A stretch of 64,000 bases of DNA from Bugula neritina. Its lineage: Eukaryota > Animalia > Bryozoa. Shown here one piece after another: positions 20,701 to 34,655 of the stretch. Location: assembly GCA_964035545.1 (NCBI GenBank), contig OZ037765.1, forward strand, positions 18,786,995-18,850,994. The letters run 5' to 3'. Numbering within the stretch: the first letter of the stretch is position 1; every line of letters starts with the position of its first letter. Under the pieces are notes generated by a model. It searched no databases and had not been told where the DNA came from. It saw only the letters and a program-made list of their open reading frames with translations. The translations under genes were made by a program, and so were the position numbers.

Positions 20701-23700
20701 ATTATTTTTCAAATAATAGCATTATTTCTCCTCACCAACTTCTAGTGCCAAGTAGCAGTCTTAGGCAATGACAATCAGTTAAATTTATGATTTTATTATC
20801 CCTGGACAGTGTTAAAGAGTTTAGCAATGCAGTATGCCAACAAAATGATTTAAGTTGCAAAATACCTTCAAATTATTTCTCCGCATCATATAACATATGG
20901 TAATTCCTACAAATTTAGAAAAAGTATAGCACAGCAGCAACTTTTGCTCAATTTGATAAACATAAAAGTTTTAAAAAATTGAATAAAATCATAGAGTATA
21001 TTATTTGTTACACTTTTGCAAATTTTTTCTTCATATCAAAGCAAAACTTATGGTATACATGGCATACTAAAAATAAATAATTTCATCATCTAAAAGACTT
21101 TTACCCAACTTACCACAATTATAATACATTTTGATCTTTAGAATATCAATCTGACTTATATATTGTCTTTGGCCAATGAGACCAGATTTTGTGCTGTCCT
21201 TGGTCTCTAGGGTGGGAAGAGTGTTTTTACTGAAGGCAAAACGGCCATAATGTGTTAAGGATTCATAGTCGTAAGGCAGTCCTCTGATACTTGTAAAGAA
21301 TAGCTGCTTTGTCTCAAAGTTGTTTTCTATTTCTGCAAGATACCATGGTATAGTATGACAGAGTGTTATAATGTATAATCATATGCTTAAAAAAATATCT
21401 TTTTTAATTAGAAAATTATTACAGCTATTATTTTCAACTACACATTTCTGTTAATTGTCAACAACACCAAATGTGCATAAAATGATGAATTTAACAGCAA
21501 AAGTATCTTATAAATGCATTATCTACAAATAAAATAGTTATAATGGCATATATAGTGGTGCATTTTGAAAACATTCCTCGTTCTCACAATGCAGAATATA
21601 GCTTTAGAAGTAATGATATCTTAATCATAAATAATAAAACCAGAAGAAAGAATGTGCTGAAAAGCTCTTCTCTTTGAAAAAGTTGTTGAACTTTTTACTT
21701 ATTTTTTTGTTATAGAATGATGTTTAAATGCAAGCTCTTCCAGGTAGGATAACTCTAAAAATACAAACCATAGAAGTCATAATCTACATGATTTCAACTT
21801 ACTACTTTGTAGTATGTTGTCATAACGTATATCAACGCAGCAGTTCCTGTCTATTCTTTGATGCTCATGATAAAAGCCCAGAGTGTGTAGAAACTCATGG
21901 ATGATGTCATAGTGATTACCAGCACAGGCTTTATTCAGATTCAACACCTGTTCTCCCCCTTTCTTGCCAACATAAGTCTCACATCTGTAACGGTACAACT
22001 GGTACAGAGCTTGAAGATCACTGCAGGATGTTTGAATTTATTGATAATAAGTAGATTACTAACAGCTGCATTATGTGGATACACCAATAGCTTGTAATAA
22101 CCTTTTAAAAACCTCAAATCTAGAGAAGTAATGAGGCAACAATTAAAACTTGCAGCTACAAGGTTTGTCAGTGCCTATTACAAGATAAAATTTATTAATG
22201 AGTAGACAACTCTTTACAGTTGTCATAACTAGGGTGTATGTTTGAGACTTGAGGGCACGGCTTATACACTGAATATGCATCACATGTGACAACGAGCTAA
22301 ACAGGCTGGGATATATGAGAGTTGTAGTAACTGTAGTAACAGCTGGAGGACTACTGTCACTAAAATAATTATATACAAAGCATAAAGCAGCATCCTATTA
22401 GCAGTTGCAGTCGTCCTATACACACTGATACACTGTGCAGTGCAGCTGTATGCTTAGTTTTGTTAGAAACCAGAAATGGCAACATGAAAATTATAATAAA
22501 TCAAAAAATGTTGGTAAAATTACGCAAAAATGTATGTATCGAGTCACAAAGTCACTCTAAAACAATGCAAAGGATATTAGCTAAGAATAACTCAAAATTG
22601 TGTTACCTGATTGGCTCTACATAATTCTAGATAGTGACTGCACTAGTCATGGCTCTAGCACCTGACCTACCATGGTTAGGCCAAGTATAAAACAAAGCAC
22701 GATGTGCAGCCTATATGTACGAGTATTTATAGTTAGCTACATTATTTTCAATTGGACTAGTTCTTAGTTATATACTATAATTAAATAACTATAAGGTAAA
22801 TTGATCACAGTATAATATTATGATAATCAGTTGTATAATTTGACATGCTTGAAAATACATTGACAATTTGTTTCGTAAGTTGATATAAAGTAGCAATAAA
22901 AAGTTAAATTTATGTTAAAATAAAAGTTAAGGACCTGCAATAAACCTGTACGAAACCTATTATATTTAATCACACTGCTGTTGCCATTCATCATTGTCTT
23001 TTAGCAAATATCTCAAACTTGCATACTACTCTTTTGACTCAGTTAAATATTGTAGTTGCATATATTTTCAAAAAAGTAGTATAGTGAAATTTAATTGAAA
23101 CAAGGATCTTATAAGCATTGTGCAGCAAAAGCAAAAAACTTGCAATTTTCTTTCATTATAAGTAAAACGGCACCTGAAAGTGAAAGCGCATAAATTTAAA
23201 GAAAAATATGCATAGAGGAGCAAAAATTTCATTTGCTAAATAATAGGGTTTGTAAAAATAAAAAATGAAATTTCTCAAAAAGAGTGCAAACTAAAAATGA
23301 AAAGTAAAATTTTGAAGAGAAAAGGTTGAGAAGTGAATATTTTGAAAAAAGTTGACAAAGGACAAAAAAACCAAAACTAAAATTGAAAGTTTATAGAAAA
23401 AAAGAGGGAAGTAAAAATTAGATGTAAAAATTATGTTTCTTAAAAAATGAAACATTTCTATTGCATGCTTTTAAAAGCTACATCAACTTTGATGCAGAGA
23501 TATAGAACGGTTCAATTTTTAATTCATTTTTGTTTTGGAATTTGGTTTGAAACAAAATAATATATCTTTTCATAAGCAATTTATGCTCAGTTTTAGTTGG
23601 AAAAAACAAAATAAAAGAATTTCTTTTAATAAGAGCAAAGTATTACTCGTTTGGTTACAGATTAGCCTGCCTGATTAACTTAACCATGTATAATGCTAAT

Positions 23701-26190
23701 TTAATTAAAGAGTCAAAACTAGCAAACTTAACGGCACAAAGCTGTCAGCTCACATAATTCAATCACAACGTTCAAGACCAATATGTCGAACTGCTAATTT
23801 CAATGAACAGTACATCGAAAGTTCACTGACAATACATAGTGAATAAGAATAACAGTAATTGTTGAATAATGTATATTATGTAAACTTCAACGAATGCTTA
23901 AGTAGATGTCATATAAAAAAACGTGCTAATGTCCCACAAAAGAATTCGGCTAATACCTATATTTAGAGCACATGAGCACGTGTCATGCTCTGACAATCCA
24001 GGCTGGTACTTGTTTGTACAGACCCGCTCAAGGAGGTCAAAAACTCTATTACACTGTGAAAATGTATTTTAGAAGCAGCACTCAAGAGCCTTTCAATTGC
24101 CAATCAATTATATAATCTAATAATATTTGAAAATTATCCACATATCTGACACTATAACAAAGCCTTGAATAAATGCTATACTTTCTTTATGTAATTGTGA
24201 CTTTCGAAAGAGTAGTCACGTGATAATCTTGAATGTCCAATTCAATGTTCCCAGGCCTATATAGTATACATTTAGAAAAAAACCTACCAAAGCCACAAAA
24301 CTATAGTTTTAAAAGTGAAGCATTCAACATAATGTTTTAGTACTTCAAGTCAAATCATGTTGAAGTTTGTACCTTTTTAAAACTTCTATGCTGCGAATAT
24401 TCTTTAGAGCAACATATTTATACATGGTACAATTAAGTAAAAGATATGATGATAATAGTATTTACATTACATAGCTTTATTTTTCAAATTGAGATAATAA
24501 TTTGCAGTATATATATAAATTTTGTTCAAAATGTTTGCCTTCTTTATGATAATATAGTTTGTTTGGGTTAGATCTAAATCCATAAGTTTTACGGCACTAC
24601 TTTGAGATGCAGTTGTAATATTCTTGGTAACTGAATGGCCATAATGTATACATATTAAAGAAAAATTGTAGCGAAAAGATATAATACATTGTTTCACATT
24701 TTACCAAAATCTCATTGTGGCATAAAAAATCTAGCTAAAATCAATAACATGACAATATTTCTAGTGCACTTCCTGATCACATGACAGAATTGACACATAT
24801 AACTGAGAATCAAAATTGTTAGTTTTAGATAACCGCAGTCAACTCTAAAACAACTCCAGTAATGTAGCTGTATAAAGACTACAAACTATATGTGATGTAC
24901 TAGAGCAATGGAGTTTTTATATTTTACTATTGCTGGTAGTTAAAATAAAATAAGCTGCACATATTGGTTAAAAGAGATTGACACGATGAATTAAACTGCA
25001 ATATCTAGCACTGTCACACATAGCTTAAAAACCCTTTTAATTAACTCTTTGCATTATATTTTAAATGTTTTTTGAGAAAAACACAAGATATTAAAACTTG
25101 AACAAAGCATCAAGTACTTAAGATGGCCGAAGTTAAAACTCACGAGCTGCCTGCTTTGATGTGAAGGTAATCGTAATCATACTCCGTCTTCAACTGGAAA
25201 GAAATGCAGGCTGATGCTTCATTTATCTCTTGAACTGCCAACTGAACTTTGCTCACAATATCGGAATCTTGAATAAAGTAAAATTATCTTATTGCTAAAA
25301 TATTGTAACTTTGTTTTATCAGCATGACACAGAAAATGATTTTGTTTTAATCAAATGTCTCCAGAATCGTATAATGATTTTATGTGTATCATTATTGGTC
25401 ATTCAGCAGCTAATGGATGTTTGTAGGCCTAGAATCTCACCATGAAACAGACCTCTATTCTATTATACTACGTTATGAACATCTGTCTCTTTATTAAAGC
25501 AAAATTATATGATAAACTTGCAAAAGCAGGGTAGATGGAATAGTTACCAAGGTCAGAAGCAACAGTGTACGGAATTCTCCTTGTGTCCCATATTTTATAT
25601 AGTGGTGGAAAATTAATCTGCAATTTGAGAGAATGTTTTAACAAAACTTGTAGAACCTAAATGGCAAAATATTGCAAAAATAAAGTAAAGATAAACAAAA
25701 TTATATTAAAACTGGCTATATTTTAAATGACTTCCTTAAGATGTGCTTTATAAATATGTGTATCAGTTAGACCAAACTCGAACAATCAGAGCATAGTGCT
25801 TCTAGACTTCACCTAGCAACAAATTGATACAATAAGAAAAAAAAGTATGAAAGAAACATAACTAATATAAAATAATTTGCCTTCCAAAGTTAGGATGAGA
25901 TTTGACTACATTATATAGCACTAAGTTAACACAGTCTGTAGAGCCAAACATCACAGAAAATATATGTCCATTACAGGTGGTTTGGTGTAGAAATCCCAGC
26001 TAAATATGTTACATATAGGAACTATAATTAATACTATACAGTTAGTTTTACTCGTTACAACTTGTATCCTGTAGAATGTAACCACTATAATGGATAGCCA
26101 CTGTAACTATTAGCAAACATACAGACAAGTGATACTTACAGTTATAGTTGGTCTCAATAAGAAAAAAACTATGAATACTTGAAAAAGCAT
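17726..26190 (-). CDS. Secreted astacin (M12A) metalloprotease with Sushi/CCP and MAM domains
   Basis: Phase-consistent exons 26190-26140 (signal peptide MLFQVFIVFFLLRPTIT), 25617-25548, 25267-25144, 21984-21803 (HEFLHTLGFYHEHQRIDR), 21332-21114 (PYDYESLTHY...IGQR...YNC), 20612-20412 (CCP), 19968-19810, 19315-19219, 18816-18666, 17827-17726 (MAM: CNFD...CGW...GP..D...DIALDD, stop TGA). The first exon is the least certain. Confidence 0.88.
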
Positions 26191-28238
26191 GTCTTCTTCC
26201 TACAAGTAAATTTAGTAACTAAAACATGACTGTTCTGACAAGACGCATATATGTAGAGCTAGTGCTATGCTTAGACTTTCAAGATTAGACAGCATAAACT
26301 ATCTGATATTGGTGGGAGCGACCAGGTGTAGTCTTTGCCGTGAAGTACTTAAGCATACTTTTGTAATTGATAATAAGAAAACATAGTAGTTTTCTTACAG
26401 ATTTTCAAGACTAGAAATGCAAGCTAAAGCAGGAAGTAATAGATTGTATAACAATGTTGGTATAGACATCATGCTTTTCTCATTTACCTCTTGTTGTTTC
26501 CAAACTGTTTACAAACACAAATCAATGTATTATTTACCCCACATAATAATGATGAGTAGAACATTACTATAGTTGAAATTTCACTATTTCTACTTCAATA
26601 GTAGAAGCAAAACATGAAAAAAATATTTGTACAAGTTTAATATGAATGATACTCATTACTGTGGATTCAATAGACTTGTGCTTTCGAAAATGACCTTATA
26701 AACATACTATAGAGAGCTAAATGATGTTAGATATTAAGTGCAAACACTTCAAAACAAGTGAGAACAGCAACACATTTTTAATAGCAATTATTTATATAAT
26801 AGTGTCTATCTCTGAACATATTATATGCTACACTTGCTTGACATTATGTACATGTATTGTTAGACATCTAGTTGGTTTCATTGTATGAAAGCTATTAAGA
26901 AGTAGTAATCACTTGAGAAACTGCCAAAAGAGCTGTTGATGCTATACTTGTGTGCATTGGATAGTGGAGAGCAAGTTCGATGTAATTTATTGCTATTTTG
27001 TTTATGCAAAAGCTGTAACACATGCAAATAACTCACTGAAAGGTAAGATGTAACATTAATTGCTGCCAATCACAGTGAGTAAAAGTTTTTCATGTGATTT
27101 ATTGTTAAGATGAAACATATGTGTATGAGCACTTCTTCAAAGTATCCTTGCAGTACAAGCAGGTAGCACATTTTCTCAAAAATGCTTCAACTGCTCTAAT
27201 TTTAAGGAAAATGTTATTGTAAACTGGCATACAGTTCTTAAAACAAGGTAAGTTCATAATTATTTTTATGCACATGTGTGTTTGAAAACATGAGCAAATG
27301 TTCATGTTTTGCTAGCTCTTATTACTTCATAAAGTTTTTCCTGCAACTGCAAGTTAATAAAACTAAAAAAAATGAATTGAAAACGCTTGTTTTCTAGATA
27401 ACAATATAGCAAAAGAAGTTATTTCTATTGAATATATTGGGGCTGTCAAAGTTACTCTGTCAGCTCAGCCTAAATGAAAAACAGCTCTACTGCTGAAGTT
27501 AAATCAAAAGTAATTACAACAACTGTATATATCTGCTGGCTCAAATTTTTACACAATCAACAAAGATAAATTATTTTGTAACATAATTGTAACTTTGCTA
27601 TTTGAGATGATATGGTACTATAAAATTAATTCTTTTTGCAAGCATGCTTCACATATGATTACAAAAATATACATCCGCTATACTTGTACTATCTTTACTA
27701 ATTATATTTATGCTTGCCTTTTGTCTGTACTCAAGTATAATCTTGTATTTAATTCACTTATAAAAAAAAATGGAACTGCTAGCTGATGTAATTGCCTAAC
27801 GAACCAACACATAGATCTGCATAGTTTCACCCTTGATTCATTTAGAAACATCAATTGCTAGGAGTGTGTCTTCCATGTCTACAGAACATAACTTAATGCT
27901 CATGAGAAAACTTTAAGAATACTACTGCTTAGCTAGATATTGGCAAAGGGATAAGCATCAGAATAACACATTTTTACTGCTGAGCTTTAAACGAAGAGTA
28001 AGTATCATTCACTGCAGGTATTGAGGTTTCGAAACTACATGCATAAACCTGTGTGCAGAAGATATACAAACGCATAAGTCTTGCAATTGTCAATATCAAT
28101 TGGATATGTGTAAATTCCTGTTAAATCCTTGTCTGTATCTTGTAGAATAATGAAGACATTCACATGGACACATGAGCAAGCATTGTGTTTTTGTTAGTTA
28201 TATCTCTACTCACTTGCCAAGCAAACCCTGTATTAGAG

Positions 28239-29663
28239 ATGGAGAGTGATACATCTTCTAATATATCAACAGATGGTATTGATGTGTGCTCAGATCCTCT
28301 TGATGTAGTGGATACTTGCTCATGGTGGTTCATCATCAAAGCTATCATTCTTTCTTTGATTCTGATAAGCATCATCTTTGGAAATAGCTTAGTAATAGCC
28401 TCAGTGTTCTTGTACAGAAAATTGAGGAGAAGTGTGAGCAACTCATTTATAGCTTCTTTAGCTCTGGCAGACTTTATGTTGGCTATTCTTGTGCTTCCTT
28501 TTGCTTTGGCAAAAGAAATTTATGGATACTGGTTGTTTCAGCACGGCATGTGCAGAATATGGCTAGTTGTAGATGTATGGGTATGCACAGCATCCATTCT
28601 ACACCTCTGTGCTATTAGCTTTGACAGGTATATAGCAATAGCCTTACCACTTAGATATCCCAATCTGATGACCAGCAGAAGATGTAAATTTATATGTCTA
28701 GCTATGTGGATTCTCTCTTTCTTGATCTGTTTTCCTGCTCTGTTTCAAAACACAACTGGTTACACCAATACCATAAAAAATAATTCAACAAACTCTTCAA
28801 GCTGGAACAACAGTACTAGCACTCCTCTACCCCAGTGTGACGTTGTCAATACCCAACCGGGTTATATCATATATTCGGCTCTAGGCTCATTCTTCATACC
28901 CTCTTTTGTTCTGATTGGATTCTATATTAGAATATTTTTATTGGCCAAAAGATTCATGAGTCAAGCTCAAAAAGGGGTGATTTCAAATGGAAGAGGACAG
29001 GCTATGAGAATTCATAGAGGTCACTCATCAAACAAACAGGCCATCTCTTCTTATGAACTTAGTGAGCTAATGACAGCAGCACCAGTCGAACCGAGTAAGG
29101 AAAATAATAATTTTCAAGCCAAGGAATATCAGTCTCAGCAGTCAACAGACAGTCAAGATGCCAACCAGAATCACGTGGAACAGCCCAGCTACCCTAATAC
29201 TAGTCCAGCTCACAGCACACTTCGAAAGGGTTCTTGCAAGAGTTTGAGTCAACTTCTACCCTTGCCAAGATCACAGAAACAGTCCCTGGATAATAACATA
29301 AACAGAGAGACAAGAGCAGCAAAGACTGTAGCTATTATAGTTGGAGTATTCATTTTATGCTGGACACCTTTTTTTCTATGCTATCTTGTCCAGGGTGTAA
29401 GTAGTGTCCTAATCAATAGCTCAATATTTAATTTCTTCGTCTGGGTTGGGTATGTAAACTCCCTATTTAATCCCTGTATTTATGCATATTTTTCTACTGA
29501 TTATCGGCATGCCTTCAAAAAGATTCTCCGATGTCAGCTGAGCAAACGCCGCAGTTGCAAGGATGGAGTAGTTGGTCTGCTAACAAGTTACTACGTCAGC
29601 TCATCTAGTGACAGATGCAACAGCGTTACAGCACAAAGGCATCCACAAACGCTAACAGTGTAA
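28239..29663 (+). CDS. Alpha-adrenergic-like octopamine receptor (OctalphaR/OAMB type), class A GPCR, intronless CDS
   Basis: 7 TM; TM3 DVWVCTASILHLCAISFDRY; TM5 GYIIYSALGSFFIP; MRIHRG in ICL3; ETRAAKT...CWTPFF; NPCIY. First in-frame ATG is 28239; the frame is open from 28176. Confidence 0.85.
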   Translation: MESDTSSNISTDGIDVCSDPLDVVDTCSWWFIIKAIILSLILISIIFGNSLVIASVFLYRKLRRSVSNSFIASLALADFMLAILVLPFALAKEIYGYWLFQHGMCRIWLVVDVWVCTASILHLCAISFDRYIAIALPLRYPNLMTSRRCKFICLAMWILSFLICFPALFQNTTGYTNTIKNNSTNSSSWNNSTSTPLPQCDVVNTQPGYIIYSALGSFFIPSFVLIGFYIRIFLLAKRFMSQAQKGVISNGRGQAMRIHRGHSSNKQAISSYELSELMTAAPVEPSKENNNFQAKEYQSQQSTDSQDANQNHVEQPSYPNTSPAHSTLRKGSCKSLSQLLPLPRSQKQSLDNNINRETRAAKTVAIIVGVFILCWTPFFLCYLVQGVSSVLINSSIFNFFVWVGYVNSLFNPCIYAYFSTDYRHAFKKILRCQLSKRRSCKDGVVGLLTSYYVSSSSDRCNSVTAQRHPQTLTV

Positions 29664-31847
29664 TAATATTGCATATTAATAGAAATGTTTATTGCCAGTT
29701 GAGTATTAGTGGATTGTGCCTAAAAGTGATTGCTATCACCTGACTATATCAATAGTGTTGTGATATTCGAACTGTATTTAGTGAAATTCAGTCAATGGCT
29801 CCCTTTTATGATATTTTAACTTCCACCATAGAAGTTGCGACATGTTTCAGCATTATTACCTAGACAAAAAACTTTTATGTGTCCAGCAAAATGGCATATA
29901 TATTTCTAACAAAAGTTAGGAAAATAATTCGCTCTACAAATATGTATTTTTGTAAATTAATGATTATTGTAATGACTTTTGAAGATAGGTTACTAAATCT
30001 GTAGCTAGTTTGTTGTTGTACAAATCTGTCATAACTCTTATAAAACTTCACTACCTACATGTTATACGAAACAGTGTTGAAATCCTGTTGAGCTTCTTTA
30101 AATCATACATAGAGCTTATTTAGTTGCTTTACAGCTCCAGGTTGACATGTGTTGCAGGCAAAAAAGTCTCAAACCTGCGGCAAATAAATTATTTTCTTGG
30201 TCAACTAACTGTTTTTCTATTTTTTTTGTATGTGATTATGATATTGACTTCGAAATTAAACCAATTACTGTCCATACTTTATTACAATACTATGCAGAGT
30301 GCCCCTTGTGTAGCTCAAGGATTCCTGTCTTACAAAATTTCAAGAGTCACGGGAAGGACTTGTTTTGTGGCCTTGGCATGTCTGCACATAGGGAAAAATA
30401 GCCGTATTTAATGGATTCGTGAGTTAAATCTGGTATTCTACTATGTTTGAGATTTCTGGAATTATAGTTTAGTGAGATAGGGAGGGAGCACGAATAAAAA
30501 ATTCAACCCTCAAGTGAAATCTTACTGCCAGTTGCTTTACAAAAACATTGTTTCCTGATAAAGTCAAACGTGTCATCTAATTAGTGGCAATATTTGAGAA
30601 GATGTTGTTGAAGCTTTTAACTCAAACAGAAAAAACAATTGAATTACAGCTGAAAGTGCGCAGAAGGTACTGGTGCATACTAGCTAGTGTTGTGTGAACT
30701 ATTGCAACCACAAGTTAAATAATTCTACAATAATATAATTACTTCTGCAGTTTTAAATCTGAACCTTTGACATGTATATAAAATTAAGTTGATTGGTAAA
30801 GTTTGAGTTAGTCTGGTTTAATTTAATTTCAGTTTTTATGAACGTAGAATTGGTAAAGCTTGCAGAAGCAAATAACTAATCTTTGCAGCTACCAGCATAA
30901 CTCGATCCATTTATAACTATTTAGTTGAAATGCTAGTTTTATAGGGGAGATGACTCTGTAATTGGCTTTTTACTCGATCAGGTCATTACAAAGATGTCCT
31001 TTGTGTCCTGATGATACTTGTTTTAAAAAAGTTATTAAGGGAGCTGAAAATTTCATTTTAAACAAACCACGTGTAATATCTTTTTTTCATTTTATTATAG
31101 TAACTCTACTTCAACTTCTCATCTGACAAAGCCTTTGGATACTCCATACTTCTGGCTCTAAATTATTTTACACAATTAATGTCAGAGATTGATTTATAAA
31201 GCGTGAAACAATATAAACATTTGGTGCAACTATTCAGTATTGTATATACAAAGGAGACTACCAGAAATGTCTATTTATACCAACTACCGTAAAAAACAAT
31301 GTGTATTGTGCATATTATCATGCATGTGTTTCCTTATACTCAAGAGAACATGTTTTTCAGTAGCCCGTGCACATAATAAATAATGTTATTCGGAAACGAG
31401 CCGGAAGCTACGCCACATTAGAAGGTTACTAATAAGCACATTGTATGTGAAATAGTGTTTTTATATGACTGTAAAGCAGCTGCACCCTGCTTAGTATAGC
31501 AAAATGTAGGAAGTCATGTTTGTGTGCATGCATGGTAACTATATATATAGACCGTTAGAAAGTAAAAATAGCATTTCACAATAAATGTAGCTATTATACA
31601 AATAATAAAATATGAAAGCAGCTAAGGGATGTAATATATTTAATTTACATGTTACTACAAAGTTTTATCTTACCTGTTTTATTCTACCATGGTGTACTAT
31701 TAAAGTAAAGAGCTAGCCTAATGCTAAAATATTTTTATGACTTTTACAAACAAAGAAACCCACCAACTGAACACTGTGCTTTGAACCATATATAACTATG
31801 TTTATTACAAATAGAACTTAATTTACATGTAAATAAAATATTTTTTG

Positions 31848-31921
31848 CTCCCACTGACTTGAACACAAGACCTCCGGCCTGCAAGCAGAAGCAGTAACCG
31901 TAACATCACGAGACTACTGGG
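31848..31921 (-). mobile_element. tRNA-like head of a second SINE family (or tRNA pseudogene)
   Basis: Minus strand agtagtctcgtgatgttacggtta...cttgcaggccggaggtcttgtGTTCAAGTC has a B-box-like motif at tRNA spacing and does not match the other SINE core. Confidence 0.4.
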
Positions 31922-32648
31922 TAAACTCAACACTACAACCTAGAAGAGCCAACCCAGACAAAAGTTTACAGACAGCAGTACAGCAGTTGATCTGGGTCAC
32001 CTTGATTCGCACCCTGATTTATAGTATATTAAATATTTGTTTGTTAACAAAATTTAAATGGTAAAAATATCTCAGCTATAATAATGGCAAAGACTCAACA
32101 TTTGTTCCACATTTTTGAAATTTCATTTCGCAAAATATGATTCTCAATTTATTATTTTTATGTTTTACTCCGCTCTAAGAGTTGTAGAAACCAATTTAAA
32201 AAAGTGAGATAACTCCTATTAGATTTTGCTTACTGAATATAATTGTAACCATTCTACTAATACATGCAGATGCAATGCAGATGCTGAAGAAAAGTAAATT
32301 TAAGATATTTGTTTCAAAACATTACAGTTGCATGATAAAACTTTTAGTAAAGTAATAATTTTACCTACTCTAGCATATCTCATACTATGGTCAATATGAT
32401 GGTCAATTGACTATAGAACTTTTAGGCTTCTACATGCTGTGACTCAATAAGCATAAACGCTTTACATTTTGCAAACATCTCAAAGCTATTTATTTAATTT
32501 TAAACTATACTATTTAGAATGCAACAATTTCAAAATAGAAAACTCAAGTTATTATAGCAAATAGTCGAATCTTGTGCAAGACCATTGCTTTTGAAGAGCT
32601 AAAGCAGAGAGAACGCAACTCAAAATGTGTTGTCTTAGCTTTAGAATT

Positions 32649-32945
<297 letters not shown>

Positions 32946-33032
32946 TTATACATGTAGATGGTAAGTTTTAGTTTTCTGAGTGACTATAACATTTTAGACT
33001 TTAGACTATATGGTATATATTATGCAGGCTAT

Positions 33033-33250
33033 GGAGCAGTTGTGGTCTAGGGTTTAGAGCGCTGGCTTAGTAAGCACAAAGTCATTGGTTTGAACCCCAG
33101 TAAAGGCTATTGGTGATGTTAGGAAGAGCATCCAGTCATAATTGTTCCTGTGCCTCAAATGAATAAGTCCTTAGCCCGCTATAAAAAAACCTTCCTATCA
33201 GCTAGGGCTTCTCACAGAGATGCGGTGACTATAAACTTGCATGAGTGAGT
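33033..33250 (+). mobile_element. tRNA-Thr(AGT)-derived SINE
   Basis: A-box-like tggtctaggg, anticodon-loop-like TTAGTAA, B-box-like gtttgaacc; core tggtgatgttaggaagagcatccagtcataattg. Collinear with 55885-56095. Confidence 0.8.
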
Positions 33251-34597
33251 TTTTATATATTATGTAGGCCTAATATAATAATTTATTGCTTTAGTCTATA
33301 AAACAACAATGCACATAATATTAGTTAGAGCAACTGATTTAATTATGATCATTTATTGTAAAGCAATGAAATAAAGCCTAGCAAACATTTTCATCTGGTA
33401 TTTTTTGAGTTCGATATTTGGGTCTTGTTTGAAGCATTTATGTATATGATTAATTTAACTATAAAATTACTTTTATTTAATTTTAGTTCCTCTGAGATTT
33501 ACTGATTCTGCATTGTCATGTTGCTTATTTAGCTTAAATTAATTATATCATATGATTTAAGTTTTATTTCTATAACAAGAATGTATAGAAGTATGTTTTA
33601 TTCACCCAGCCATTTAATTTGCACTTGGGTCATACATCTAGATCTTCCTTTTATGGTTGATCAAATTTTTAATAACATTTACAGAAAACACACAATTGTG
33701 TGAAAGTAGCATTAACTTCGTAATTACTATGGCAATACTATTAAAATATGCAAAACATCTATAGGTTCCGCTCTTAAGGCTACAGTTGTTCTTATTAATC
33801 TAATTACTGTAGATTTATCCCATGAGATATTACCAATTTTGTATGTCACTAATTGTTATTATGTTCTTCCTAGGCTGAAATACTTTGTATATTACTTGGA
33901 AAAGAATTATTTGAGTTTTACTTTGGTAATGTAACATGATAATTGCAAATGATTTGGTTAAGGTGCAGCTGTGGCATAACTTGCTAGCTGAATCATGGGC
34001 AATATATCAAATTCACTGTTGCGATTCTACACTTGTGCTAAAAGTATATAAAGGCATAAAATCAGTCACTGCACAACATACCACTTAGTTTCTATGCAAC
34101 ATAATTGTTATGAAATATATAATGATTTTCTAAATTTAATCAATTTTCAAATTATAAACCTGTAAGACAACTTTTGATATGCATGTGCTAGAATTAAACT
34201 TGAATTGAATAAAACTGCAACAGAATATATATGTACAGTAGATTCCGATTGCAATGAATATAGTTATACCAAACAAAAAATTTCATAAATACTTTATAAT
34301 AGGAAATCATAAATTATTATTATATCTTTTATTTAATACATTCAATCAACAGTGCAACAGTATATATTGATAACTTGAAGAGAAAATATTATATATTTGG
34401 CAAGAGTTATTGAGTTATGACTGAGGTTTTTAAAATAAAAATGAATAAAGAAGTATGTTGTAACTTTGTAAATCTAAAAATAAAGATTCAGAACATCAAC
34501 ATATAACAAAATAAAAGGACTTGTATAAAATGAAATGAGTGCATAGTGATTGCTGCAACCACTTCAGCAATGCACACCTGTGCTAAACAAATGCTTA

Positions 34598-34655
34598 AAC
34601 AAGTTAATGGGCGTGTCCGTGTCTAACAAGTTAATGAGTGTGTCCGTGTCCAACA
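34598..34655. repeat. 27-bp tandem duplication spanning the 5-HT7-like stop codon
   Basis: aacaagttaatgggcgtgtccgtgtct (34598-34624) and aacaagttaatgagtgtgtccgtgtcc (34625-34651). Confidence 0.85.
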
